NCBI GenBank assembly: GCA_902766765.1
Contig: CACXER010000017.1
Location: 3 to 64,002 of the forward strand
Length of the DNA: 64,000 nt
DNA from: an uncultured Elusimicrobium sp.
GTDB lineage: Bacteria; Elusimicrobiota; Elusimicrobia; Elusimicrobiales; Elusimicrobiaceae
Direction of reading: 5' to 3'
Shown in pieces: positions 1 to 9,649 of the stretch. Position 1 is the first letter of the stretch. Every line of letters begins with the position of its first letter. The notes under the pieces were generated by a model, which saw only the letters and a program-made list of their open reading frames with translations, was not told the origin of the DNA and did no database searches. The translations under genes were made by a program, and so were the position numbers.

Positions 1-812
1 ACATTGGCAATTTCCGCTTGCGATAAAAACCCAAACGGAAGCACAGACAGCCCGATATAAATAACTAAACACCCCACAAAGCCCAGGAACGTCGCTTTGC
101 TCACAGCCGCCTGGCTTTTGGCACGGTTAGACAGCACCACCGCTCCCTCAATACCGATAAAAGCCCACAAGGTTACAAGCATCGTACTTTTGAGTTGGGC
201 GGGCAAACTGCCCAGCGATTTGCCGTTTTCCATTAAATGACCCCAAAAATTCGTATCAAATTTATCCCAATGGAAAGCGAGCAACATAATCAAGCAGAAT
301 AACAAGAGCGGCACCAGTTTGCCGATCGTACCGATGACGTTTAAAATCGCCGCTTGTTTAACACCGCGTAGTACAATCCAGTTAAATCCCCAGATAAGTA
401 CGGAACCGCATACGATAGACAAGAGGTTATTTCCACCCGCAAAATGTGGGGGGAAAAAGTAATTGAGTGCGTCCATCGTAATAACTGCATACCCCACGTT
501 ACCAAAGATTTGGCACAGCCAATAACCCCAGCCGATCGTAAAGCCCACATAGGGCCCGAATCCCTCGCGCGCATACATATAGATACCGGAAGTCAAATCC
601 GGCTTAACGCGCGAAAGCACACTAAACGTGTTGGCAATAAAATACATCCCCACGCCGGTAATCACCCACGCCAGGAGCACCGCCCCCGCACTGGCTCCGG
701 CGGCCATGTTTTGGGGGAGGGAGAAAACTCCGCCCCCAACCATGGAACTAATCACAATACACGCAAGTCCGATGACGCCCAGTTTGGCGGCAGACCGATT
801 TTTTTCTCCCAT
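1..812 (-). CDS. aaxC: Arginine/agmatine antiporter (APC family, AaxC-like), running off the left edge of the window
   Basis: Not in the ORF track; I translated it by hand on the minus strand: [41 protein letters not shown]...[24 protein letters not shown]...[17 protein letters not shown], open to position 1. These are ArcD/AaxC-type APC motifs. An alternative in-frame ATG lies at 827. Confidence 0.88.
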   Translation of the reverse strand, partial: MGEKNRSAAKLGVIGLACIVISSMVGGGVFSLPQNMAAGASAGAVLLAWVITGVGMYFIANTFSVLSRVKPDLTSGIYMYAREGFGPYVGFTIGWGYWLCQIFGNVGYAVITMDALNYFFPPHFAGGNNLLSIVCGSVLIWGFNWIVLRGVKQAAILNVIGTIGKLVPLLLFCLIMLLAFHWDKFDTNFWGHLMENGKSLGSLPAQLKSTMLVTLWAFIGIEGAVVLSNRAKSQAAVSKATFLGFVGCLVIYIGLSVLPFGFLSQAEIAN

Positions 813-830
813 AAATCCCCCAAACATTTC

Positions 831-1430
831 CTATTTCAAATTGACCGGTTCGGCAAATTTGAAATTTAAAAAGCCCATACACGTCAAGCAATATGCAAAC
901 GGTTGGGTGATATTGATATAGTTGTGCCAGATTTGAAATTCGCTATGTTTTTCTACCCCGCGGATTTCCAACTCGTGCCGGAGTGATTTGTTGAGCCACA
1001 TACGCGCGTGTCCTTCGGCAATTTCATCGTCAATGGGCGTATCAAAATACTCCACGTATTCCGCCGCCCAACCGCCGATCAGTTTGCCTTGCGCGTCTTT
1101 ACCCCAGCACACCCCTACGCCGGTGGCGATGGCTTTATGATCTTCCATACGCGACCCGTTTCCGGCGATAATCGTTTCCAACACGGCCCCGTGTTTGAAG
1201 TACGGCGTTACTTTATCTACAGGTACGATATTGCCATGTAATTCTTTCGGTAGCACCGAAGTATACGGCACAATATTGAAGTTTTCAATTTTGGCTTGCA
1301 ACAGCGCCGAGTCGTAGCAGAACGTCTCAAACGGTTGCGGCGGGATGCCGTCCGCGGCTTGGCCGGCGCCCCCGGTAATAAACGCTAACGTCGGATAGCG
1401 TGTACCTAATACGAGTTCGTTTTTTTCCAT
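831..1430 (-). CDS. aaxB: Pyruvoyl-dependent arginine decarboxylase (chlamydial AaxB type)
   Basis: [11 protein letters not shown]...[38 protein letters not shown] matches the chlamydial AaxB N-terminus as I recall it, including the Thr-Ser self-cleavage site. GGWAAEY is also present. Confidence 0.92.
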   Translation of the reverse strand: MEKNELVLGTRYPTLAFITGGAGQAADGIPPQPFETFCYDSALLQAKIENFNIVPYTSVLPKELHGNIVPVDKVTPYFKHGAVLETIIAGNGSRMEDHKAIATGVGVCWGKDAQGKLIGGWAAEYVEYFDTPIDDEIAEGHARMWLNKSLRHELEIRGVEKHSEFQIWHNYINITQPFAYCLTCMGFLNFKFAEPVNLK

Positions 1431-1448
1431 CGTTTTTTCTCCTTATAA

Positions 1449-2696
1449 TTACAACATAATCGTTGTGCGCAGGCCGACTACCGTTACGCTGTCTTGCCCG
1501 CGGTCTAACCCGGCTTTTGGATAGAATTGCAAATCGGGCGTAAGAGTAATCCAGTTACCAATGCCCCAAATCCATTGCAGTTCTAATGCCATTTCGTTAT
1601 CACGCATGGTCGGTAAGCCACCATAGGCGCTACGGCTTAAATCGTTATATGCCACCCCGGCAATAATGGCATCCGCCGCATTACGATTGAGCGGATTTAA
1701 CATTGCCATACCGAGCCCGTAGGAATTTTTAACACCCGTAGCCACGCCTTTACTTACCCCGTTGGCGCGGCCGAACAAGGCCCATTTTTCGCCCATGTTT
1801 TGTTGCATATTAAACGACCAACCATTGATATATTCGGGTTGTTTGCTTACAGACGGCTGATAATAATAGAGCACGCTGTATTGGCCTTGGCCCAGTTCAA
1901 ATTCCGGGTTCCACGCCACCGAGCCAAAAAGCGTATATTTGCCGTCAAATGCATCTTTGAGGCGAATATCTTGGCCGGAAATATTTGTGCCATCCTGATA
2001 CCCGGCCGCTAACGTCCATTGGCCGACTTGCGCTTGCATATAACCACCCAAAGAGGCCGATGGATACACACTTGTCGCATTTTGCGAAAGTGCATAGTTC
2101 ATAAGCGCAGTTTGTTGGTTATCCACATATTGCGTGCCGTCAAAGTTGTAGAGCGGAAATTGGCCGAGGGTAATACTCATCCAATTAAACACGCCCGGCA
2201 TCGTATGCGTGTAGGAAAATTGCGAGAAAATTTCCTGGTTGGCCGGATAGTCGTTAAACGCCACGGCGTTATCCACGCGGTTTTGGAGTGTAGCGGCTTG
2301 CTTTCCCCAGTAGCGTACTAGCGTATAGTTGATGTTTAACTGTCCGGAACCCACGGCCGTATCTTTAAATAAATTCCAGGTTAAATACGGATAGTAAACA
2401 CCCTGAATAGCCGTATTTTTACCCGAAGGCGCTGCCCGCTGAGCGAGGTAGGAAATATCAATCCCCACTTCCAACCCCAATTTTTTCAGTTCGTTTTTTC
2501 CGGCACGGACCAGTTTTTCGGCCGGGTCCAACGCCGGGCCTTGCGCCGTTTTGCGGCGTTCTTGTAAGCGTTGTTCATGTTTGACAGGTGTAAGCCAAAC
2601 CGTTTCGCTTACGTCTTCTTCGTATAATTGCGCTCCTGCGACCGATGGCAAACAAAATACTGCCAACATCGCCAAAGCGCGGATTTTATCATTCAT
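1449..2696 (-). CDS. aaxA: OprB-family outer-membrane porin (AaxA-like)
   Basis: Signal peptide from MNDKIRALAMLAVFCLPSVAGA (GGGAGA RBS upstream). OprB-like segments ITLGQFPLY.FD, WALFGRANG and C-terminal ITLTPDLQF...VVGLRT. Lies directly upstream of aaxB. Confidence 0.8.
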   Translation of the reverse strand: MNDKIRALAMLAVFCLPSVAGAQLYEEDVSETVWLTPVKHEQRLQERRKTAQGPALDPAEKLVRAGKNELKKLGLEVGIDISYLAQRAAPSGKNTAIQGVYYPYLTWNLFKDTAVGSGQLNINYTLVRYWGKQAATLQNRVDNAVAFNDYPANQEIFSQFSYTHTMPGVFNWMSITLGQFPLYNFDGTQYVDNQQTALMNYALSQNATSVYPSASLGGYMQAQVGQWTLAAGYQDGTNISGQDIRLKDAFDGKYTLFGSVAWNPEFELGQGQYSVLYYYQPSVSKQPEYINGWSFNMQQNMGEKWALFGRANGVSKGVATGVKNSYGLGMAMLNPLNRNAADAIIAGVAYNDLSRSAYGGLPTMRDNEMALELQWIWGIGNWITLTPDLQFYPKAGLDRGQDSVTVVGLRTTIML

Positions 2697-2860
2697 TTTT
2701 CTCTCCCAGTAAGTAAATTGACGCACAAAACGTCCCATTCACAATATCAATATGTATTTCTCCGCTCAACACAAAAAATGGATTAGAATTAGTATCTACG
2801 CCGAGCCCTTTTCAAACTAACCTTTTTTTAGTCTCATAAAATTGTTACAATAAGGGCACA

Positions 2861-3496
2861 ATGCGTGATTTATGGAATGATTTTTGGGATTTGATAGATC
2901 CGGACCGTAAAGGACCCTTATTTTGGAAATACGGATGGAAAGGGATCTTATTTATCGGTGTGGTCACTTATTTTACTTACCAATGGTTTGTCGGCCCGCG
3001 CCACAATCCGTTTGCGGGTGTATTGTGGCTGATGACTATCGGTATTCATGAAGCCGGGCATCCCATTTTCCGCATGTTGTTTTTCGGAAATTTCAAGATG
3101 ACAATTTGGGGCGGGACCTTGATGGAATTGGGAGTACCGCTTTTGGCCTTTTTTGTATTTTTACGGCGAGGAAAAGAAATTCAGGCCGACGTCTGTTTGT
3201 TGTTGTTGGCTATAGCGTGCTACAGTGTAGGACACTACGCCGGGTGCAGTTTAGACCCGGTAATTACCCTTTTAAACGCCGGGCCCGAAACACTCCCCGA
3301 TTGGGACTATATGCACAAGTGGCTCGGAACGGAAGGATATGAGTGGCATTTCCGCCACGCATTTTACGGCATCAGTGCCTTTTTGACGGGGTTAGGCAGT
3401 TACTTGTGTTTAGCCCATTTTTGGGCGTGGAACAACCCCGAAGGCCATAATTATAATAACGATGACGACGGACACGATCGGTTTTTTACAAATTAG
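2861..3496 (+). CDS. Membrane protein with HEXXH motif, M50-like metallopeptidase candidate
   Basis: Several hydrophobic segments, IHEAGH in a membrane segment and a downstream DW motif. Confidence 0.55.
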   Translation: MRDLWNDFWDLIDPDRKGPLFWKYGWKGILFIGVVTYFTYQWFVGPRHNPFAGVLWLMTIGIHEAGHPIFRMLFFGNFKMTIWGGTLMELGVPLLAFFVFLRRGKEIQADVCLLLLAIACYSVGHYAGCSLDPVITLLNAGPETLPDWDYMHKWLGTEGYEWHFRHAFYGISAFLTGLGSYLCLAHFWAWNNPEGHNYNNDDDGHDRFFTN

Positions 3497-3578
3497 TAAT
3501 TTGTAAATTCAAATGGAAAAAAATAAGTTTTTTTTATAAAATAAAAGGGTATTTACAATTCTTCACAAAGGAGTCTGT

Positions 3579-3899
3579 ATGAAAAAATTAGCATTACTGA
3601 TGTTAGCCGTCTCTACGGTAGGTTGTGCCACCACGGGAACGACGGGTAATACCACCGGCACCCAAACTGCCATGCAAACTATTACCTTGGAACAAGCCTT
3701 GCAAAAATCGGCTGAAACGCGCGAAAAATTGTTGGAAGCCAAAAAGCAATATGAGCAAGCCAAATTGGCCGCCGAAGTAGCCTCCGGTAAAAAAACCGCC
3801 GCGCAAGCCGCGCAAGAGCAAATTGAAACCCAATTAGATGCGGCTAAAAAACAATTGCAAGATGAAAAGAATGCATGGGCTGAATTATTGAAAAAATAA
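3579..3899 (+). CDS. Small coiled-coil lipoprotein, unknown function
   Basis: AGGAG RBS, lipobox TVGC, Thr-rich linker and an Ala/Glu/Lys/Gln helical body. Confidence 0.75.
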   Translation: MKKLALLMLAVSTVGCATTGTTGNTTGTQTAMQTITLEQALQKSAETREKLLEAKKQYEQAKLAAEVASGKKTAAQAAQEQIETQLDAAKKQLQDEKNAWAELLKK

Positions 3900-3921
3900 T
3901 TGTCCGCTTGAGTATAAGAAC

Positions 3922-3950
3922 GAAACCCCCGGCGAAAACCGGGGGTTTTT
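3922..3950. terminator. Intrinsic terminator between convergent genes
   Basis: aaacccccgg-cgaaaa-ccgggggttttt hairpin. Confidence 0.85.
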
Positions 3951-3968
3951 ACTGCATCAACTAAATAC

Positions 3969-4568
3969 TTATTTTTCTTCTACCGGCGGGGGCGGAGGCG
4001 GATTGAGACCTACGCGTCCACCGTCTTTGGGGCCACCGAAATGCGGACCTTTAGGGCCTTTGTGCCCTTTGAAAAAACCTTTTTTGCCTTTCGGGCCTTT
4101 CGGACCGAACTGGGCACCTTTGGGAGCAAACAGCACTTTTACGTCACCGTCAGCTTCAATGAGCGCGTTGGTTTTTTCATCCACCCACATCTTTTTGCCC
4201 TCGTCGGATTTTTCTTCGTCTAAGTGTTTCTTCATTTCTTCCAAACGCTTAGCAAATTGATCCAACTGGTCTTGTTTGAATTTCAATTGTTCTTCGTGGA
4301 TTTTTTCCACTTCGGCAACAATTTCGGCCTTTTTGGCTTCTTGTTTTTTGCCTTTTAACTTCTTATATTCTTTAACCAGTTTCTCCATTTTTTCTTCGGT
4401 GGCTTTCATTTTGGCGCGGTGTTCCTTCTGCGCTTTTAAAAACTCACCTTTCTTTTGCGCCATTACCGGGCGATCATCGGCTTTGGCGGGAGCAACGGTT
4501 TCTTCGGCGGCAAAAGCCGGCACGAATAAACCTAATACCAGCAGTGTCATCAACAGTCTGTTTTTCAT
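3969..4568 (-). CDS. Exported helical protein, loosely Spy/CpxP-like, downstream of the anti-sigma gene
   Basis: Signal peptide ending AFA, Lys/Glu-rich helices, GPKG repeats and a poly-Pro C-terminus. GGAGG RBS. Confidence 0.55.
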   Translation of the reverse strand: MKNRLLMTLLVLGLFVPAFAAEETVAPAKADDRPVMAQKKGEFLKAQKEHRAKMKATEEKMEKLVKEYKKLKGKKQEAKKAEIVAEVEKIHEEQLKFKQDQLDQFAKRLEEMKKHLDEEKSDEGKKMWVDEKTNALIEADGDVKVLFAPKGAQFGPKGPKGKKGFFKGHKGPKGPHFGGPKDGGRVGLNPPPPPPVEEK

Positions 4569-4577
4569 AACATCCTC

Positions 4578-4973
4578 CTAAAAATAATCTTCCATATCGT
4601 TTAGTTCTTGTGCAAACGAACTATATTCATCATCACTGGATGCGTTCATATACGCGACCAACTCGTGCGCATTAAACGGCTCCTGGGAAGGCAGAAACGT
4701 CCACACAAACGCCGCACACGCTGCCGCAGTTAGTCCCGCCAGTTCCCACTTAAACCGCGCCCAAAACGGTTTTTTACGTGTCGTACGGGCCAGCAATTTA
4801 TCTATCACACGCTGCGGCGCGGCGGGGGGAGTTAAACCTTCGTCCAACTTGGCCAAAAATTTCAGTTCGGCTTGGCAAGCGGCGCACGTTTTCAAATGCC
4901 CCTCAAACGCCGTTTTTTCGGCCGGGTTTAATTCGCCTTGCGCGTATAACAAAACTTGTTCACACGGTTTCAT
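4578..4973 (-). CDS. Zinc-finger (zf-HC2/ZAS) membrane anti-sigma factor
   Basis: Start at MKPCEQ overlaps the sigma-factor stop (ATGA). HLKTCAAC (HxxxCxxC) motif followed by a single TM helix. Confidence 0.85.
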   Translation of the reverse strand: MKPCEQVLLYAQGELNPAEKTAFEGHLKTCAACQAELKFLAKLDEGLTPPAAPQRVIDKLLARTTRKKPFWARFKWELAGLTAAACAAFVWTFLPSQEPFNAHELVAYMNASSDDEYSSFAQELNDMEDYF

Positions 4974-5560
4974 ACTATTTCCTCTTGCGCCGTATCTTGC
5001 GCGATCAACTGCCTTATTTTTTTTACCGCCCGATGGCAATCGGCCAATACAGTGCCGAGCGGTCTGCCGACGGTATCGGCAATTTCTTGGAACGACATAA
5101 ACTGCCGCAAATACATCATTTCCCGTTGGCGGGGGGACAACTTTTCTAACGCTTGCCGGACGGTTTCCTGCAATTCTTGCCAGGATAATTCTTCTAATAC
5201 CGGGCGGGAATCATCCGCCAAGGTTTCTTGTAAATAAGCGTTTCCGTCTTCGTCCGTCTGGTCCAGCGAAGTGGCATTTTTGCTGTCGCGCCAGTAGTTC
5301 AATACTTTGTTGCGCGCCGTCAAAAACAACCACGCCTTAAATTTTCCTTCCGGTTTGTACGTCCCGGCGTGTTTAAATAACGAAATAAACACGTCCTGAA
5401 ATAAATCTTCGGCTATACTTTCGTTTTTCACAAGCGAAAGAATATATTGGTAAAGCGAATTTTTATAGCGCAGCACCAATTCTTCAAACGCCTGGTTATT
5501 GCCTTTACAAAACGAGACGACCAGTTCATCATCGTTTTGTATGTCTTTTTGGATATCCAT
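4970..5560 (-). CDS. ECF sigma-70 family RNA polymerase sigma factor
   Basis: AFEELVLRY, AEDLFQDVF, FKAWLF..ARN (region 2) and LSPRQRE...SFQEIADTVGRPLGTV (region 4). Confidence 0.92.
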   Translation of the reverse strand: MDIQKDIQNDDELVVSFCKGNNQAFEELVLRYKNSLYQYILSLVKNESIAEDLFQDVFISLFKHAGTYKPEGKFKAWLFLTARNKVLNYWRDSKNATSLDQTDEDGNAYLQETLADDSRPVLEELSWQELQETVRQALEKLSPRQREMMYLRQFMSFQEIADTVGRPLGTVLADCHRAVKKIRQLIAQDTAQEEIV

Positions 5561-5671
5561 AACTATATAACCCAAAACCTTAAATTTTTATTGCACTTGT
5601 TTAAATTATAATAAATCCCCGGTCGGGTTGCGTCCTTTATTGATATAATATTTCAGTGGAGGACAAAAAGA

Positions 5672-6640
5672 ATGTCTTTAGCAAAAAAAACAGAAAATTG
5701 GGTCAATGAACAAATTATTACCCGCGAACAACAAACCAAAATTTTGGCGTTTGAGGGTTCCCACGGAAACAATACTTTTTGGAACGTGGCCATGGGGATA
5801 GCCGGCAGTTTGATTGGGCTGGGGTTTTGTCTGCTGATTGCGGCCAACTGGCAAACCATTCCCGACGAGATAAAACTGGCGGGGGATTTTGCCGTGTTGG
5901 GTGGTTTTTTCTATGCTGCCTATTGGAGCGTGCAAAACCAACGCAACGGACTAAAAGAATTATTTGTCATTTTATCTTTCTTAGGTATCGGAGCCACGAT
6001 CGGGCTGGTAGGTCAGATTTTCCAACTCTCCGGCGGATGGACGAAAGCCGCTTTATTTTGGGCCATTCTCAGTTTGCCGTTTATATGGGTCAGCCGGGTC
6101 ATGTTCTTTAACGTCGTTTGGGTACTGTTAGTTTTAAGCACGTGTGATTTTGCGTGGCTGGAAAAATTCTGCAAGTATGCTTTTGAAGAGTTAAACATGG
6201 GCACGTTGCTTTCGCTAGTGGGCACGTATGCCATTTACACCAGTCTTGAGAATGCACGCCCGCAAACCGATAAATACACCCTGTTGCCCGCCGCTTTGGC
6301 TAAAATAGCCCTCGCCGGCGCGTATGCTATTGTGTGTTACGTCGGTATGCGGTGGGGCATTATAACGGAGAGCGCGATGGATATGGCAGGTGCGTACATC
6401 ATTGTATTTGGTTTTTTTGCCATGCGTATGTATATGGCCGTACGACACCAGGACAGGGGATCCTTTAAACGTAACGCCATTTGGGCGGAAGTCTATATCT
6501 TTATCATTTTCTCTTCCCGTTTAAACAATTTAGGACTGTCCGGGCTGGGATTTATCGGCAGCGGTTTACTCATCTTATTCTTTATTTGGGTCATGCGCCG
6601 TACCAGCCGGTATATTAAACAAATGGAGATTTTCAAATGA
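5672..6640 (+). CDS. DUF2157-family membrane protein
   Basis: W..EQIITREQ N-terminus, LIGLG..LLIAANWQTIP and IGLVGQIFQLSG. Paired with a GDYXXLXY gene, as is usual for this family. Confidence 0.8.
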   Translation: MSLAKKTENWVNEQIITREQQTKILAFEGSHGNNTFWNVAMGIAGSLIGLGFCLLIAANWQTIPDEIKLAGDFAVLGGFFYAAYWSVQNQRNGLKELFVILSFLGIGATIGLVGQIFQLSGGWTKAALFWAILSLPFIWVSRVMFFNVVWVLLVLSTCDFAWLEKFCKYAFEELNMGTLLSLVGTYAIYTSLENARPQTDKYTLLPAALAKIALAGAYAIVCYVGMRWGIITESAMDMAGAYIIVFGFFAMRMYMAVRHQDRGSFKRNAIWAEVYIFIIFSSRLNNLGLSGLGFIGSGLLILFFIWVMRRTSRYIKQMEIFK

Positions 6641-7074
6641 AAAAATATACATTAGCCGTCTTTTTTCTATTACCGTGGTTAGTATTAGCGGGTTGGGTCG
6701 TCAGTTTGTCTTGTATACGGGCCAACGGAACGGAAGTTACCGTGGCTATTATGGGGTATGATCCGCGCGATTTACTGTCCGGGCGGTATATTGCTTATCA
6801 AATTGACTGGAAGAAAACAAATTGTGCGCAATTTCCTCACAATCAATGTCCTTCCGAAAAAGAGTTTTGCACCGATGCCCGGTGGGGGCGGCAATGCCGC
6901 TTTTACGTGCCGGAAACGTTTGCTAACGACTTAGATAAATTATTCCGCCGCCGTAGCGATCAACTCCGTTTTGAGGTGGTCTATTCATACACACCGCGCA
7001 AAACGCCGATTGCCAAGAAGTTACTCATCAACGGCACCCCTTGGCAAACGTATTTGATGGAAAACCCGCAATAA
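6637..7074 (+). CDS. GDYXXLXY-domain protein
   Basis: N-terminal TM, GYDPRDLLSGRYIAY motif and RFYVPE. Overlaps the DUF2157 stop. Confidence 0.8.
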   Translation: MKKYTLAVFFLLPWLVLAGWVVSLSCIRANGTEVTVAIMGYDPRDLLSGRYIAYQIDWKKTNCAQFPHNQCPSEKEFCTDARWGRQCRFYVPETFANDLDKLFRRRSDQLRFEVVYSYTPRKTPIAKKLLINGTPWQTYLMENPQ

Positions 7075-7089
7075 GGTCTTTTCACACCA

Positions 7090-7122
7090 AAAAACAGCCC
7101 GAAATTTCTTCGGGCTGTTTTT
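7090..7122. terminator. Bidirectional intrinsic terminator
   Basis: aaaaacagcccgaa-atttc-ttcgggctgttttt between convergent genes. Confidence 0.85.
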
Positions 7123-7571
7123 CATTTATTCTCTTGCAAATATTTCTCTAGAATTTCCGCTGCGCATTTGACTTTGTCGGCACACGTGCGGTGCTGATAA
7201 TACGCATCTGTGCGCTTTTCGGGTGTTGGGGCAGAAGGGCCCGCAGGCAAACCGAGTAGTTCGCGGCAGATAATAGAACCGTTTTCTTTTTTAAAAGCGG
7301 CGCAGAGTTCTTGAATTTGCACGTAAAATTTGGCTTTGGCCACCTGGTCGGTGGGATCCTTTGGCGCAAATTTTGACGAAAGCGCCATACACATCCCGCT
7401 GACCGCGCCGCACACTTCGCGCTGACGCCCCAAGCCGCCACCAAAACAAGCAGAAAGCGTGAGGGCCGTGTTGTTATCCAGGCCGAGTTCATCGGCGAAC
7501 GCGCAAAACACCGCTTGCGCGCAGTTGTGACCGTTTAAAAATAATTGTTTGGCTTGTTCTGCTTTAGTCAT
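7122..7571 (-). CDS. C-GCAxxG-C-C family putative redox protein
   Basis: GHNCAQAV, GGGLG...VCGAVSG, GSIICRELLG and terminal TC. Confidence 0.85.
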   Translation of the reverse strand: MTKAEQAKQLFLNGHNCAQAVFCAFADELGLDNNTALTLSACFGGGLGRQREVCGAVSGMCMALSSKFAPKDPTDQVAKAKFYVQIQELCAAFKKENGSIICRELLGLPAGPSAPTPEKRTDAYYQHRTCADKVKCAAEILEKYLQENK

Positions 7572-7598
7572 GCAGATATAATAGCAAAAATGGGGAAG

Positions 7599-8195
7599 TT
7601 ATGGCATCACCCATACATCCGTCGCACACCCAGAATCTGAACCACACAAAAAGGTTTCCGCCTTCATGATTTTCTTACAAAAATCTCCTCTCTTGCGTTG
7701 AAAATTAGGACCGAAGTTTTTTATTTCAAAGCAAGTGAATTTTCCGCTGGCAAAATTACCAAATAGATTTTTCCCTTGTGTATTGTAACTAAAACCTGCC
7801 CCCTGGTACGCATGCCCCTCCGGATGCCCAATCATAATACCACCGCTGTTGCCTTCTGTTGAAATTTGTACAACCCATTCTCCGTTGGTATGATTATCTA
7901 CCATCATATATGTATAAAGAGCCCCGCCCGGAACAAACCCCGCCGGTAAATCTATGGATAATTCATCAAACGAAGTAGCATACTGCCCGTTGGCTAAATA
8001 ATAGGCCTCTTGCGCTTGCCCGAGTGATTTTAAAAGCGTGAATGCTTGCGTAGCTTTTGATTTTTCCACGGCCTTATTATATTGCGGCAACGCAACCGCG
8101 GCGAGAATGCCAATGATAAGTACGACAACTAGTAGTTCAATCAGCGTAAATCCTTTGGTGTCTAAACTTCCCTTAAAACAACTTTTCTTTTTCAT
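7599..8195 (-). CDS. Type IV pilin-like protein (PilE-like)
   Basis: Prepilin cleavage/methylation motif KG|FTLIELLVVVLIIGILAAVALPQY; C-terminal cysteines; GGAGG RBS. Confidence 0.92.
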   Translation of the reverse strand: MKKKSCFKGSLDTKGFTLIELLVVVLIIGILAAVALPQYNKAVEKSKATQAFTLLKSLGQAQEAYYLANGQYATSFDELSIDLPAGFVPGGALYTYMMVDNHTNGEWVVQISTEGNSGGIMIGHPEGHAYQGAGFSYNTQGKNLFGNFASGKFTCFEIKNFGPNFQRKRGDFCKKIMKAETFLCGSDSGCATDVWVMP

Positions 8196-8228
8196 ACATA
8201 TCCCTCCACAGGAATTTAAGATACGTTT

Positions 8229-8256
8229 ATTAAAGCAAAAAAAAAAACAAAGTCAA
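8229..8256 (-). promoter_or_regulatory. Putative sigma70 promoter of the pilin gene with a T11 tract in the spacer
   Basis: The minus strand reads TTGACT-16 nt-TTTAAT; the spacer contains the 11-nt homopolymer at 8237-8247. Confidence 0.5.
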
Positions 8257-8276
8257 GCCCTTTTTATTTCACGACG

Positions 8277-8310
8277 AAAAAACACCCCTAAGAAAAATCT
8301 CAGGGGTGTT
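8277..8310 (-). terminator. Intrinsic terminator of the POT transporter gene
   Basis: aacacccct...aggggtgtt stem with a T-run on the minus strand, just past the 8333 stop. Confidence 0.7.
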
Positions 8311-8332
8311 CGCAAACAAAGTAACTATTTTC

Positions 8333-9649
8333 TTATTGTACGCCGTTCATCCATTTCTTAATGGGTTTAATCAGCACCAGCAGTACCAGCGAGGCGCATA
8401 TCGGCACAATCACCGGCCACGTAAAGAATTGCTGGAGCGTCATCTTGCTGAGTTGGCCCGAGTAGAGCCCTGCCAATTTCCCAGCCACAGACGTAGCCAA
8501 AAACCAAATACCCATAAACAGCGAAATAAACTTGGTGGGGGATAGTTTCGTTACCATAGACAGCCCCACCGGGCTCAAGCACAATTCACCCATGGTAAAC
8601 ATAAAGTACGCACCCACAATCCACCAGATACCCATTTTGTTATCGCCGCAGACAATCGTGGAGAGTAACAAAATGATATACCCCGTGGCAATGAGCCAAA
8701 ACGCCACCATAAATTTGGCGGGCACGCTCAAATCTTTGCCTCGCTTGCCCAAGTTGACCCACAGTTTAGAGAGCACCGGGGCAAACAACATAATAAACAA
8801 GGGGTTAATGGACTGAAACCATGCCGTCGGAATTTCAAACGCATGACCGAAGAAGTGAATAATACGATTGACGTGTTGGTCGGCAATTAAGTTGAGAGCC
8901 GCCCCTTTTTGTTCAAAAATCGCCCAGAAGAAAATGGTAAAGAATGCCATAATACATATAACGGCAATACGTTGCCATTCTTCTTTGGTAAGCGGGGCAT
9001 TTTTGACTTCTTTCACACTTTCCTTGACATATTCTTTGGGAGCTTTGCCTTTGCCTTGTAAATATTTGTCTTTTCCCCAAATGAATAAAGACAACCCGAA
9101 AATCATTCCGACTGCGGCCGAACCGAATCCGTAGACCCAACCGAATTTATGCGCCAGCGTTCCGGCGATAATCCCAGCCAGAAACGAACCTAAATTGATA
9201 CCCATGTAGAAAATGGTAAATCCACCGTCGCGGCGGGGATCGTTTTTCTCATACAAATCACCGACGATGCTGGAAATATTCGGTTTGAAAAATCCGTTAC
9301 CGATAATAATTAAGCCCATTGCTACCCACACGGCCGGCAAGGAGCCCTGCCCCATGCAAAACTGCCCCAACGCAATACAAATGCCGCCAATAATGATACA
9401 GGCACGTTTGCCGAGCCACCTGTCGGCAATATATCCACCGAACAAGGGGGATAGAAAAATCAAACTCATTAAATTGCCAAAGTATCCGCTGGCTTTTTCG
9501 GTAGAGAGGAGTAACTCTTTGGTAAGGTATAAAATAAATAAGGCTTTTAACGAATAGAAACTAAACCTCTCCCACATTTCCGTAGCAAATAAAAGGTAAA
9601 GTCCCGCGGGTTGCTTCTGTTTCATTGGAAGTGTCGTATCGTTTGACAT
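8333..9649 (-). CDS. Proton-dependent di/tripeptide transporter (POT/PTR family)
   Basis: EMWERFSFY (ExxERFxYY-like), GGYIADRWLG, GNGFFKPNIS, FYMGINLGS and GELCLSPVGLS. Confidence 0.93.
   Translation of the reverse strand: MSNDTTLPMKQKQPAGLYLLFATEMWERFSFYSLKALFILYLTKELLLSTEKASGYFGNLMSLIFLSPLFGGYIADRWLGKRACIIIGGICIALGQFCMGQGSLPAVWVAMGLIIIGNGFFKPNISSIVGDLYEKNDPRRDGGFTIFYMGINLGSFLAGIIAGTLAHKFGWVYGFGSAAVGMIFGLSLFIWGKDKYLQGKGKAPKEYVKESVKEVKNAPLTKEEWQRIAVICIMAFFTIFFWAIFEQKGAALNLIADQHVNRIIHFFGHAFEIPTAWFQSINPLFIMLFAPVLSKLWVNLGKRGKDLSVPAKFMVAFWLIATGYIILLLSTIVCGDNKMGIWWIVGAYFMFTMGELCLSPVGLSMVTKLSPTKFISLFMGIWFLATSVAGKLAGLYSGQLSKMTLQQFFTWPVIVPICASLVLLVLIKPIKKWMNGVQ

Noticed and set aside
341-921. ORFs 341..574, 444..869 and 628..921
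   Set aside because: They are alternative-frame or antisense shadows of the aaxC antiporter, which runs off the window edge and so was missing from the ORF track.
2697-2738. Extended N-termini given by the ORF track (also 4974..5039, 20649..20708, 34542..34601, 38422..38634, 58923..58958, 63741..63842)
   Set aside because: Downstream ATGs have better RBSs, restore signal peptides or family N-termini, and avoid long overlaps with neighbouring genes.
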